Below, one piece after another: positions 9,543-17,269 of a stretch of 32,000 nucleotides of DNA; positions within the stretch are counted from its first letter, which is position 1, and every line of letters starts with the position of its first letter. The position numbers and the translations under genes were made by a program. Origin of the DNA: Anaerobium acetethylicum (GTDB taxonomy: Bacteria; Bacillota; Clostridia; Lachnospirales; Lachnospiraceae); NCBI RefSeq assembly GCF_900096945.1, contig NZ_FMKA01000035.1, positions 7,203 to 39,202 on the forward strand, read 5' to 3'. The notes beneath the pieces are model-generated. The model had not been told where the DNA came from, searched no databases, and saw only the letters and a list, made by a program, of their open reading frames with translations.

Positions 9543-10313
9543 ATGATATTTGAAAGCCACGCCCATTTTGATGATGAGGCATTTGATACAGACAGGGAGG
9601 AACTGCTGGGAAGCTTTGCGGAAAACGGAATCGAGTACGTGATCAACGTAGGTGCCAGCATTCAAACCTCAAAAAACACGATTGCACTTACTGAAAAATA
9701 TTCCTTCATATACGGCAGTGTCGGGGTGCATCCGAATGAAGCTGCGGAGCTGGACGAGGAGAAGATGGCCTGGCTCAAAGCGCAGACTGCATTGGAGAAG
9801 ATAGTAGCGGTTGGTGAAATCGGACTCGACTATTATTATGACGAGCCGCCGAGGGATATACAGAAGAAATGGTTCGAGAGACAGCTTGAAATGGCGAGGG
9901 AGGCCGGACTTCCGGTAATCATCCACAGCCGCGACGCTGCAAAGGATACGGTGGACATGATGAAAACCCTGAAGGCGGGGGAAATCGGAGGGGTCATCCA
10001 CTGCTTTTCCTATACGAAGGAGACGGCCAGGGAATTCCTGAATATGGGATTCTATATTGGAATCGGAGGGGTTGTGACCTTCGCAAACGCCAGGAAGCTG
10101 AAGGAGGCGGTAGCGTATATACCGCTTGAAAATATACTGCTGGAAACGGACAGTCCATACCTGTCTCCGGTGCCGTACAGGGGCAAACGGAACTCTTCGC
10201 TGAACATTCCGTACATCGCAAAAGAGATTGCAAGTATCAAAGGAATCAGTTATGATGAAGTGGTAGAGACAACAAACAGGAATGCAAAAAGACTGTTTTT
10301 CAAAGAGAGGTAA
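9543..10313 (+). CDS. tatD: TatD-family metal-dependent hydrolase/DNase
   Basis: MIFESHAHFDD is the canonical TatD N-terminus, and later motifs include GEIGLDYYY and HCFS. The start is uncertain; in-frame ATGs at 9510 and 9537 and the ORF-track start at 9414 are alternatives. Confidence 0.85.
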   Translation: MIFESHAHFDDEAFDTDREELLGSFAENGIEYVINVGASIQTSKNTIALTEKYSFIYGSVGVHPNEAAELDEEKMAWLKAQTALEKIVAVGEIGLDYYYDEPPRDIQKKWFERQLEMAREAGLPVIIHSRDAAKDTVDMMKTLKAGEIGGVIHCFSYTKETAREFLNMGFYIGIGGVVTFANARKLKEAVAYIPLENILLETDSPYLSPVPYRGKRNSSLNIPYIAKEIASIKGISYDEVVETTNRNAKRLFFKER

Positions 10314-10316
10314 TTG

Positions 10317-11189
10317 ATGGCAACATTAGGAAATCCTAAGAATACGATTGAAATTTTAAATAAATATAAGTTTGTTATGCAGAAGAAATTCGGGCAGAAT
10401 TTTTTAATAGACACCCATGTTTTGGAAAAAATAATAAATTCCGCAGATCTCACAAAAGATGATTTTGTGCTTGAAATCGGTCCGGGAATAGGCACAATGA
10501 CCCAGTACCTGGCTGAGGCTGCAAGGGAAGTGGTCGCGGTGGAAATTGATACCAAGCTGATTCCGATACTTGAGGATACATTAAGCGATTACGATAATGT
10601 TACGATTATCAATCAGGATGTGCTTAAGCTTGATATAAAGAAGCTTGCAGAAGAAAGGAACGGAGGAAAGCCGATCAAGGTAGTGGCCAACCTTCCTTAC
10701 TATATAACGACGCCGATCATAATGGGACTTTTTGAGAGCCACGTTCCGATCGACAGCATTACCATAATGGTTCAGAAAGAGGTTGCAGACCGTATGAAGG
10801 TCGGACCCGGAACAAAGGACTACGGGGCATTGTCCCTGGCAGTCCAGTATTATGCGGATCCTTATATTGTTGCAAATGTTCCGCCGAACTGTTTTATGCC
10901 AAGGCCAAACGTAGGCTCTGCAGTAATCAGGCTGACAAGGCATAAAGAGGTTCCGGTGAAGGTAGATGATGAGAGTCTGATGTTCAAAATCATCAGAGCA
11001 TCCTTCAACCAGAGGCGGAAGACCCTGGTCAATGGCCTTAATAATTCACCAGAAATACATTTGTCAAAGGAACTGATAGCAGAAGCCCTTGAGGAAGCCG
11101 GATTTCTGGCAAATATAAGGGGAGAGGCTCTTACATTGGAACAGTTTGCAGAATTAAGCAATATAATCAGCAGAAAAATGAAAGAATAG
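10317..11189 (+). CDS. rsmA: 16S rRNA (adenine1518/1519-N6)-dimethyltransferase
   Basis: KKFGQNFLIDTHVL and the SAM-binding segment VLEIGPGIGTMT are present. The ATG at 10317 lies directly after the tatD stop, with SD agagagg upstream. Confidence 0.93.
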   Translation: MATLGNPKNTIEILNKYKFVMQKKFGQNFLIDTHVLEKIINSADLTKDDFVLEIGPGIGTMTQYLAEAAREVVAVEIDTKLIPILEDTLSDYDNVTIINQDVLKLDIKKLAEERNGGKPIKVVANLPYYITTPIIMGLFESHVPIDSITIMVQKEVADRMKVGPGTKDYGALSLAVQYYADPYIVANVPPNCFMPRPNVGSAVIRLTRHKEVPVKVDDESLMFKIIRASFNQRRKTLVNGLNNSPEIHLSKELIAEALEEAGFLANIRGEALTLEQFAELSNIISRKMKE

Positions 11190-11237
11190 GGACAAGGAAG
11201 TCTTCTGTGTTGAAATGAAAAGGGATTTTATACAGCT

Positions 11238-12356
11238 TTGGACATCCTTGTTGATGGGCAGGTGCGGAATTTGAAAGTTGAAAAGATTTTAGTGAAGAAT
11301 GCGGTGCCTGGAATGGTGCTCGCAAGGGATGTATATACGGATGAAGAAAACCTTGTTCTTGGGGAAAAGATGATACTCGTAGAAAAAACCATTAAACATC
11401 TGAAAGGTCATTTCGTGCGGGAAATATTTATCTATGTGCCTGATGGAAAAAAGACGGTGAGCAGGCAGGCCCCACAGAGGAAGACATATAACCAGCAAAT
11501 AAAAGAGACCCGGGAATTCAGAAAATTTGATAGTTCGTTCAAAGAATCCGTTTCAGAAGTGAAAGATCAGTTTAACAGTATTGTCAGCGAAGGAGCAGAA
11601 ATCGATACCGAGGTACTTCTAAGCGAGACAGACAGAATCCTGAAAGAAAGCACGAGCGGCATTCATGTCCTGGATATGATGAGCTGTATGAGAGACATGG
11701 ATGACCTGACATATGTGCATTCTGTAAATGTTGCCCTTATATGCAATGTGTTTGGAAACTGGCTGAAGCTTCCAAAAGATGAAATCCGTGTCCTTACACT
11801 GGGCGGCATTCTGCATGACATCGGCAAGCTGAAAATACCTCTGGAGATACTTACAAAACCAGGGAAACTTACAGATGAAGAGTATGAAATCATAAAAAAA
11901 CATTCTTATTATGGTTATGATACGATAAAGAATAAAGAGATTGAAGACCAGGTTAAGCTGGCAGTCCTGCTTCACCATGAAAGGACGGACGGCAGCGGGT
12001 ATCCTGGTGGATTTCCCAATCAGAAAATAGCAGAAGCTGCCAAGATAGTAGCAATTGCGGATGTATATGATGCAATGACCGCAAATCGGGTTTATCGCAT
12101 CGGAATGTGTCCATTCAAGGTAATAAACATTTTTGAAGAAGAGGGAATGACCAAATATGATCCTAAATATATCATTCCGATCATGGAAATGCTTGTGCAG
12201 TCATATATTGGAAACAGCGTGCGCCTCAGCAACAACATGGCAGGCGAGGTGATTATGATCAATAAGAATTCCTTATCAAGACCTGTAGTGCGTGTAGGAA
12301 ATGATTTCATTGATCTTTCAAAAGACAGGAAAGTTACGATTGAAGCAATTATTTAA
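11238..12356 (+). CDS. HD-GYP domain cyclic-di-GMP phosphodiesterase with an uncharacterised N-terminal domain
   Basis: HDIGKLKIP and HHERTDGSGYPGG are intact HD and GYP motifs. The start is TTG and is uncertain. Confidence 0.85.
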   Translation: MDILVDGQVRNLKVEKILVKNAVPGMVLARDVYTDEENLVLGEKMILVEKTIKHLKGHFVREIFIYVPDGKKTVSRQAPQRKTYNQQIKETREFRKFDSSFKESVSEVKDQFNSIVSEGAEIDTEVLLSETDRILKESTSGIHVLDMMSCMRDMDDLTYVHSVNVALICNVFGNWLKLPKDEIRVLTLGGILHDIGKLKIPLEILTKPGKLTDEEYEIIKKHSYYGYDTIKNKEIEDQVKLAVLLHHERTDGSGYPGGFPNQKIAEAAKIVAIADVYDAMTANRVYRIGMCPFKVINIFEEEGMTKYDPKYIIPIMEMLVQSYIGNSVRLSNNMAGEVIMINKNSLSRPVVRVGNDFIDLSKDRKVTIEAII

Positions 12357-12379
12357 AAATATAAGGAGGGGTATATTTT

Positions 12380-13063
12380 ATGAAATATGAAATTCAGGGA
12401 ACTCCGTTGCCGGTTGTTGTTTGTCAGCTGGAGGCAGGGGAAAAGATGATTACTGAAAAAGGATCGATGTGCTGGATGTCACCAAACATGAAAATGGAAA
12501 CGAATGCCGGGGGCGGCGTGGGAAGAGCGCTTGGAAGGATGTTTTCAGGAGAGTCCATATTCCAGAACAACTATACGGCTATGGGCGGAGAGGGAATGAT
12601 CGCTTTCGCATCCAGTTTTCCAGGATCCATCATGGTTTTTGACATTACACCTGGCAAAGAGATGATTGTACAGAAATCCGGATTTCTGGCAGGAGAGGCA
12701 GGTATCAATTTATCCGTACATTTCCATAAAAAGTTCGGAGCCGGACTGTTCGGAGGCGAGGGATTCATTATGCAGAAACTTTCCGGAATGGGGAAGGCAT
12801 TTATAGAAATCGATGGCCATGCAGTGGAATATAATCTTCAGGCCGGGCAGTCCATTATAGTGGATACAGGCTACCTGGCTGCCATGGATATAACATGCTC
12901 GATGGAGATACAGAGCGTTCCCGGACTCAAGAACATGGTATTTGGAGGGGAAGGCATCTTCAATACTGTGATCACCGGACCAGGAAGAATAATCCTGCAG
13001 TCGCTGCCTATCAATGCAGTTGCAGGATCAATCAGGCCATACATGCCAACTGCAGGAAGCTGA
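12380..13063 (+). CDS. TIGR00266/AIM24-family protein
   Basis: The N-terminus MKYEIQGTPLPVVVCQLEAGEKMITEKGSMCWM and the Gly-rich beta-type sequence fit the AIM24 (DUF124) family, recognised from memory. The SD aaggagggg lies upstream, 23 nt after the HD-GYP stop. Confidence 0.7.
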   Translation: MKYEIQGTPLPVVVCQLEAGEKMITEKGSMCWMSPNMKMETNAGGGVGRALGRMFSGESIFQNNYTAMGGEGMIAFASSFPGSIMVFDITPGKEMIVQKSGFLAGEAGINLSVHFHKKFGAGLFGGEGFIMQKLSGMGKAFIEIDGHAVEYNLQAGQSIIVDTGYLAAMDITCSMEIQSVPGLKNMVFGGEGIFNTVITGPGRIILQSLPINAVAGSIRPYMPTAGS

Positions 13064-13116
13064 TCATAAATCCGCAGAATGATTCAGGATAGAAGTTCGG
13101 CTGTGCAGGCAGCAAG

Positions 13117-13671
13117 TCATAGAGATACAGGATTTATCAGGGCATATCTTTCGTGATCTTCCCAGATTCCCTGTATCTCTATATTTTTTCGTGCAACTCC
13201 TTCAAATGAAAAGCCAAGAGAACGTGCAAGCCTCACAGACGGGAGGTTTGACGGCATGATATTGGCTTCGATTCGGTGAAGCCCAAGTTCGCTGAACATG
13301 ATGCTGATACCCTTGCGCATCGCTTCAGAGGCGTAGCCGCGGCCATGGCATTCACGGCTCAATTTGTATCCGGCTTCACAGCTTTTCAGATGACCCCTCT
13401 GTATGTTGATAAAAGATATGGTTCCAATTATTCTGCCGGGGTCGGATTTTTCGTAAATCCAGAACCGCACGCTCCTGGAAGCCAGGGCAGAATGATATTC
13501 ATAGTTGAGAATAGCCTTCTGGTAGGCTCTGGTATAGTAGTTCCGGCTTTTTGAAGGTTCAAAAGGTTCGAAAATACTCCGGTTGCATATGAAAAACCCC
13601 AGGACTTCATCTGAATGGCTTTCATCGAGTATTTTAAGAATCAGACGGTCTGTTTCGTAAGACATCTGCAT
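13117..13671 (-). CDS. GNAT-family N-acetyltransferase (RimJ/RimL-like)
   Basis: ETDRLILK is near the N-terminus. The acetyl-CoA-binding region HGRGYASEA and LHRIEANIMPSNLPSVRLARSLGF are typical of RimJ-like GNATs. The SD ggaggtg lies 6 nt upstream. Confidence 0.8.
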   Translation of the reverse strand: MQMSYETDRLILKILDESHSDEVLGFFICNRSIFEPFEPSKSRNYYTRAYQKAILNYEYHSALASRSVRFWIYEKSDPGRIIGTISFINIQRGHLKSCEAGYKLSRECHGRGYASEAMRKGISIMFSELGLHRIEANIMPSNLPSVRLARSLGFSFEGVARKNIEIQGIWEDHERYALINPVSL

Positions 13672-13693
13672 GGGACACCTCCGTTTGAGAAAA

Positions 13694-14389
13694 TCAGTCG
13701 ACTCCCCGCAGCTCCACTTTTTCCATGTTTTTCAAAAGGATATTGCGGAAGTTTTCGAGCTCTTCGCGGGTACAGGAATGGAAGCCCGGACTGATGACGG
13801 ACTCAGAGTCCTTGTAATTCTGCAGATAATAAGCTTGGCATCCCTTTAACCAATGGCCGATGGATTCCATATCCCCGGCGGAATGCAGTTCTTTTACGAC
13901 TGTCGTACGGAATTCGTAATCAATTCCAGAGTTCATGATCAGGAAAATGGAGCGGTCAATTCGGCCGATGTCGATATCCTTTATTCCGCTTGCGAGAGGA
14001 TATCCTTCCGGTGAGGATTTTATATCCATTGCAATATGGTCCAGAAGGTGCTCCGCCAGGAGGGCTTCAATCGTTTCCGGTCTGTATCCGTTGGTGTCGA
14101 GCTTTATTTTATAGCCGAGCTCCTTTATTTTCCTCAGAAAATCAGCCAGTCCGCTTTCAAGGGACGGCTCGCCCCCGGTGATACAGACTCCCTCGAGGAT
14201 TCCGCGTCTTTTCTTCAGGTAACTGAGGACCTCATCTTCCGGAATCACCGGTTCTGATCCCGGATCCAGCACAAGACCGCTGTTGTGGCAGAACGGGCAT
14301 CTGAAGTTGCACCCGCCGAGGAAAATGGTTGCAGCCAGATGGCCTGGATAATCAAGTAAAGTTGTTTTATTAAAACCATGAATTTGCAT
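13694..14389 (-). CDS. nrdG: Anaerobic ribonucleoside-triphosphate reductase activating protein (radical SAM, NrdG2-type)
   Basis: The radical-SAM cluster motif is CNFRCPFCHN. The sequence has the TLLDYPG N-terminus and GGEP. The size (231 aa) fits the long NrdG class. Confidence 0.8.
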   Translation of the reverse strand: MQIHGFNKTTLLDYPGHLAATIFLGGCNFRCPFCHNSGLVLDPGSEPVIPEDEVLSYLKKRRGILEGVCITGGEPSLESGLADFLRKIKELGYKIKLDTNGYRPETIEALLAEHLLDHIAMDIKSSPEGYPLASGIKDIDIGRIDRSIFLIMNSGIDYEFRTTVVKELHSAGDMESIGHWLKGCQAYYLQNYKDSESVISPGFHSCTREELENFRNILLKNMEKVELRGVD

Positions 14390-14537
14390 TAAATCACCTA
14401 TCTGTGGTAAAGTATAGTCGAATAGTATATGGATATCATTTTGGCAGCCACAAGGCCGCCATCTTATTTTGATTATAAGTCAAAATGATGTTTTATGAAA
14501 GTTTTTTATTTATAGTATGAAAGGGCGTCAGAGATCA

Positions 14538-15056
14538 ATGGAGTCATGTGAAAAATACATGAAGGAAGCCATCAAACAGGCAAAAAAGGCCTATAAGCTG
14601 GGAGAAGTCCCGATAGGCTGCGTCATTGTATATAACGATAAAATCATTGGAAGAGGTTACAATCGAAGGAACACGGATAAAAACACACTCTCCCATGCAG
14701 AAATACTTGCCATTCGAAAGGCAAGCAAAAAAATGGGTGACTGGAGACTTGAAGACTGCACGATGTATGTCACGCTGGAACCATGCCAGATGTGCTCCGG
14801 GGCGATTGTGCAGGCGAGGATCAAGGAAGTCGTCATCGGAAGCATGAATCCGAAGGCAGGATGCGCAGGCTCGATCCTGAATCTTCTGCAGATGGAAGAA
14901 TTCAACCACCAGGTGGAGATACGAAAAGGCGTGCTGGAAGAAGAATGCACGGATATGCTTCAAAGATTTTTCAGGGAGTTGAGGCAAAGAAACAAAAAAG
15001 CGAAGGAAGAGCATAAGAAAAGGGAAGCAGAATATCAGGAAAAAGCACAACAGTAG
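14538..15056 (+). CDS. tadA: tRNA adenosine(34) deaminase
   Basis: YMKEAIKQAKKA..GEVPIGCVIV, the HAE motif (SHAEILAI) and PCQMCSGA zinc ligands are present. The start at 14538 gives an N-terminus collinear with B. subtilis TadA. The C-terminus carries a Lys/Glu-rich tail. Confidence 0.9.
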   Translation: MESCEKYMKEAIKQAKKAYKLGEVPIGCVIVYNDKIIGRGYNRRNTDKNTLSHAEILAIRKASKKMGDWRLEDCTMYVTLEPCQMCSGAIVQARIKEVVIGSMNPKAGCAGSILNLLQMEEFNHQVEIRKGVLEEECTDMLQRFFRELRQRNKKAKEEHKKREAEYQEKAQQ

Positions 15057-15063
15057 AATTTGA

Positions 15064-15092
15064 TTGACAAAAAATAAAAAACAGGCTATACT
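15064..15092 (+). promoter_or_regulatory. Promoter for the SRP RNA
   Basis: The -35 is TTGACA (15064-15069). A 17-nt spacer leads to the -10, TATACT (15087-15092). Confidence 0.6.
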
Positions 15093-15137
15093 TAAGCCTG
15101 CATTCCGTATCAGGAATGTACTTAGATTGTCATAAAG

Positions 15138-15405
15138 TTTCCGTGCAGCCGGGGAGTCAGCGGTGCCCTGTACCTACAATCCGCTATAGTGGGGGTGATG
15201 TCCTGCCCCGGGTTTTTTACTGCAGAGCTGCCCTTTATAAGTGGTGTTGACGTCTGGGTCTCGCGCAACAAAAATTCATGAATCGTGTCAGGTCAGGAAT
15301 GAAGCAGCACTAAGTGAAACCTTTTGTGTGCCGTGAGGTAGCCTGGGCCGAGCTAACTGTAGAGGTAACGTTTGTGGTAGGAATTCAAAGCAGGACGCAC
15401 GGAAT
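15138..15405 (+). ncRNA. ffs: Signal recognition particle RNA, long Bacillus type with Alu domain
   Basis: The sequence is near-collinear with B. subtilis scRNA as I recall it: ccgtgc..gcggtgccctgtacct.caatccgct; gtggtgttgacgt.tgggtc; domain IV gtgtcaggtcaggaatgaagcagc; gcctgggccgagctaactg; and closing gcacgg. Its position downstream of tadA matches B. subtilis. The ends are approximate. Confidence 0.9.
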
Positions 15406-15424
15406 TTAATATAATGAATAGGAA

Positions 15425-15470
15425 GCTGTGGCTGAATGAACCGTAAGGTCAGGATGCGGCAGTTTTTTTA
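15425..15470 (+). terminator. Intrinsic terminator after the SRP RNA
   Basis: An imperfect hairpin, ctgtggctga...tcaggatgcggcag, is followed by ttttttt (15463-15469). Confidence 0.6.
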
Positions 15471-15481
15471 TTTATAGAAAA

Positions 15482-15682
15482 TTCGTCAATTTGCACAGGG
15501 GTTTGCAATTAGGACGTGATGCAAAACATGTTCATTCGCAGCGCGCTCTCGCTTAGATGAAGCCGTAGTGGTACGTAGGGCTGCAAAATACGCAGCCCAA
15601 GTGCCAACGTCTTCATAAAGCTGCTCATTGAATCATGTTTTGCATCACTGTGTAATAGAGTGCGGATGTGCAAATTGATGAA
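15482..15682. repeat. About 200-bp imperfect palindrome (long hairpin) of unknown function
   Basis: 15483-15497 pairs with 15667-15681 (15 bp, one G-U). 15516-15530 pairs perfectly with 15634-15648 (15 bp). gcagc (15538-42) pairs with gctgc (15621-25). The apical hairpin is gggctgc-aaaatac-gcagccc (15578-15598). An 18x18-nt mostly unpaired internal region lies between the two long stems. Confidence 0.7.
15628..15656 (+). promoter_or_regulatory. Candidate promoter inside the right arm of the palindrome
   Basis: The -35 is TTGAAT (15628-15633). A 17-nt spacer leads to the -10, TGTAAT (15651-15656). Confidence 0.35.
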
Positions 15683-15709
15683 GCCGGACGTTACAAGAGG
15701 GCTTTTATT

Positions 15710-15799
15710 ATGAAAACGTTTCTACCAGTTTTCATTCATAGTGGTGCGATGGGCGCATGGGGAATTGACACGCTAATCGTCATAGGGAAGTACATTTAA
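15710..15799 (+). CDS. Candidate 29-aa small hydrophobic protein (MKTFLPVFIHSGAMGAWGIDTLIVIGKYI)
   Basis: The ATG has SD agaggg (15696-15701) 8 nt upstream. The stop codon abuts the strong hairpin at 15804-15843. The ORF is too short for the ORF track, and I have no conservation evidence. Confidence 0.3.
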   Translation: MKTFLPVFIHSGAMGAWGIDTLIVIGKYI

Positions 15800-15844
15800 A
15801 AAAGAGCATCATGCTGCAGGATCGAAATCCTGGCATGATGCTCT
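15797..15844 (-). terminator. Intrinsic terminator of tRNA-Ser (hairpin also usable on the + strand)
   Basis: The stem is gagcatcatgc (15804-15814) with gcatgatgctc (15833-15843). The A-run at 15798-15803 on + becomes the U-tract on the minus strand. Confidence 0.7.
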
Positions 15845-15856
15845 ATAATCTTATAA

Positions 15857-15944
15857 CGGAGGATTAGGGATTCGAACCCTAGGTCGGCTCACCACCGACA
15901 CGAAATTTCGAGTTTCGCACCTTCGGCCTCTCGGACAATCCTCC
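15857..15944 (-). tRNA. tRNA-Ser (anticodon CGA), class II with long variable arm, CCA not encoded
   Basis: The reverse complement reads GGAGGAT-TG-TCCGAGAGGCCGAAGG-TG-CGAAA-CTCGAAA-TTTCG-TGTCGGTGGTGAGCCGACC-TAGGG-TTCGAAT-CCCTA-ATCCTCC-G. The acceptor, anticodon, variable and T arms all pair. One D-stem position looks non-canonical. Confidence 0.88.
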
Positions 15945-15994
15945 AAATCATGTGAAATTTCCCTGTTTTTGATTGTTAGGAAAATCACTAAATC

Positions 15995-16022
15995 ATTATA
16001 ACACATTTTTCGGAAATAGCAA
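15995..16022 (-). promoter_or_regulatory. Promoter for tRNA-Ser
   Basis: On the minus strand the -35 is TTGCTA (16022-16017) and the extended -10 is TGtTATAAT, with TATAAT at 16000-15995. Confidence 0.6.
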
Positions 16023-16038
16023 AAGAAAAATAAACGTA

Positions 16039-16067
16039 TTGAGTTAATTTTTAAAATAATATATAAT
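16039..16067 (+). promoter_or_regulatory. Promoter for pfkA
   Basis: The -35 is TTGAGT (16039-16044). A 17-nt spacer leads to TATAAT (16062-16067). This leaves a 5' UTR of about 105 nt. Confidence 0.6.
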
Positions 16068-16177
16068 TAAGCTATGTTTTTTGCACTGTACAGGATCATT
16101 ACTCACAGGTTGTGGGACTTAACAGATAGGCTGAAAACCCCGTTGCTTTGGGTAGCCATAAAGAGGGAGTGTTCAGG

Positions 16178-17251
16178 ATGAAAAGAATCGGAATGTTAAC
16201 GAGCGGTGGAGATTGCCAGAGCCTTAATGCGACTATGCGAAGCGTGGCAAAGACTCTTTACGGGAATCTGGAAGAGGTTGAGATCTATGGATTCCAGGAA
16301 GGCTACAAAGGGTTGATCTATAACAACTACAGGATAATGAAGCCGTCTGATTTCTCTGGTATCCTTACAGAAGGAGGAACCATCTTAGGAACATCCAGAC
16401 AGCCATTCAAGCTTATGAGGGTTCCCGATGCAAACGGTCTTGACAAGGTCGAGGCTATGAAGGAGAACTACAGGAAGCTTAAACTGAACGGACTTGTAAT
16501 TCTTGGCGGAAACGGATCCCACAAAACTGCAAATCTCTTAAGAGAAGAGGGGTTGAATGTTATAACCCTGCCAAAGACCATAGATAATGATCTTTGGGGG
16601 ACAGATCTGACATTCGGATTCCATAGTGCGATCGAGATAGCTACAAATGCAATCGACTGTATCCATACGACGGCAGCTTCCCACGGAAGGGTTTTCATTG
16701 TTGAGATCATGGGACACAAGGTGGGATGGCTTACGCTCCACGCAGGTATTGCCGGAGGTGCGGATATAATTTTGATTCCGGAAATACCATATGATATCGA
16801 TTCGGTTGCAGCTGCAATAAAAAAGAGAGCGGATCAGGGAAAGAGATTTTCAATTCTGGCCGTGGCAGAAGGCGCCATCTCCAAGGAGGACGCAAAGCTG
16901 TCAAAGAAAGAGCTGAAGGAAAAAAGAAGCAAACGCATATACCCGTCAATATCATATGAACTGGGTGCCCAGATACAGGAAAAGACCGGACAGGAAATCA
17001 GGATAACAGTTCCGGGACACATGCAGAGGGGCGGCCCGCCATGTCCTTTTGACAGAGTACTGTCCACAAGACTTGGCGCAGCGGCAGCTGAACTCATCAT
17101 GAAGGATGATTACGGATATATGATAGGAATAAAGAATGATAGGACGACCAGGGTACCATTAGAGGAAGTAGCAGGAAAGCTGAGATATGTCGAGCCGGAT
17201 GCGCCGATTATAAAAGAGGCAAAGCTCGTTGGGATAACCTTTGGCGACTGA
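16178..17251 (+). CDS. pfkA: 6-phosphofructokinase
   Basis: MKRIGMLTSGGD, PKTIDNDLWGTD, VEIMGH and GHMQRGG align with the PfkA family. The ATG at 16178 has SD agagggag 8 nt upstream and is preferred over the TTG at 16148. Confidence 0.9.
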   Translation: MKRIGMLTSGGDCQSLNATMRSVAKTLYGNLEEVEIYGFQEGYKGLIYNNYRIMKPSDFSGILTEGGTILGTSRQPFKLMRVPDANGLDKVEAMKENYRKLKLNGLVILGGNGSHKTANLLREEGLNVITLPKTIDNDLWGTDLTFGFHSAIEIATNAIDCIHTTAASHGRVFIVEIMGHKVGWLTLHAGIAGGADIILIPEIPYDIDSVAAAIKKRADQGKRFSILAVAEGAISKEDAKLSKKELKEKRSKRIYPSISYELGAQIQEKTGQEIRITVPGHMQRGGPPCPFDRVLSTRLGAAAAELIMKDDYGYMIGIKNDRTTRVPLEEVAGKLRYVEPDAPIIKEAKLVGITFGD

Positions 17252-17269
17252 TAGATAGGAAGGGTTAAA

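Noticed and set aside
14390-14516. NrdR box upstream of nrdG
   Set aside because: AT-rich segments such as aatagtatatggatat lack the palindromic acacwAtATaTwgtgt pattern, so the site cannot be supported by eye.
14544-15050. 168-aa minus-strand ORF, plus other frames, overlapping tadA
   Set aside because: It is antisense to tadA, which carries clear deaminase motifs. The translation is not protein-like.
15482-15682. Calling the palindrome a 6S RNA outright
   Set aside because: The size and rod shape are compatible. However, the main internal loop sits only 15 bp from the helix end rather than centrally, I cannot identify a clear promoter/terminator pair, and I have no covariance-model score. 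It is kept as one hypothesis in the findings.
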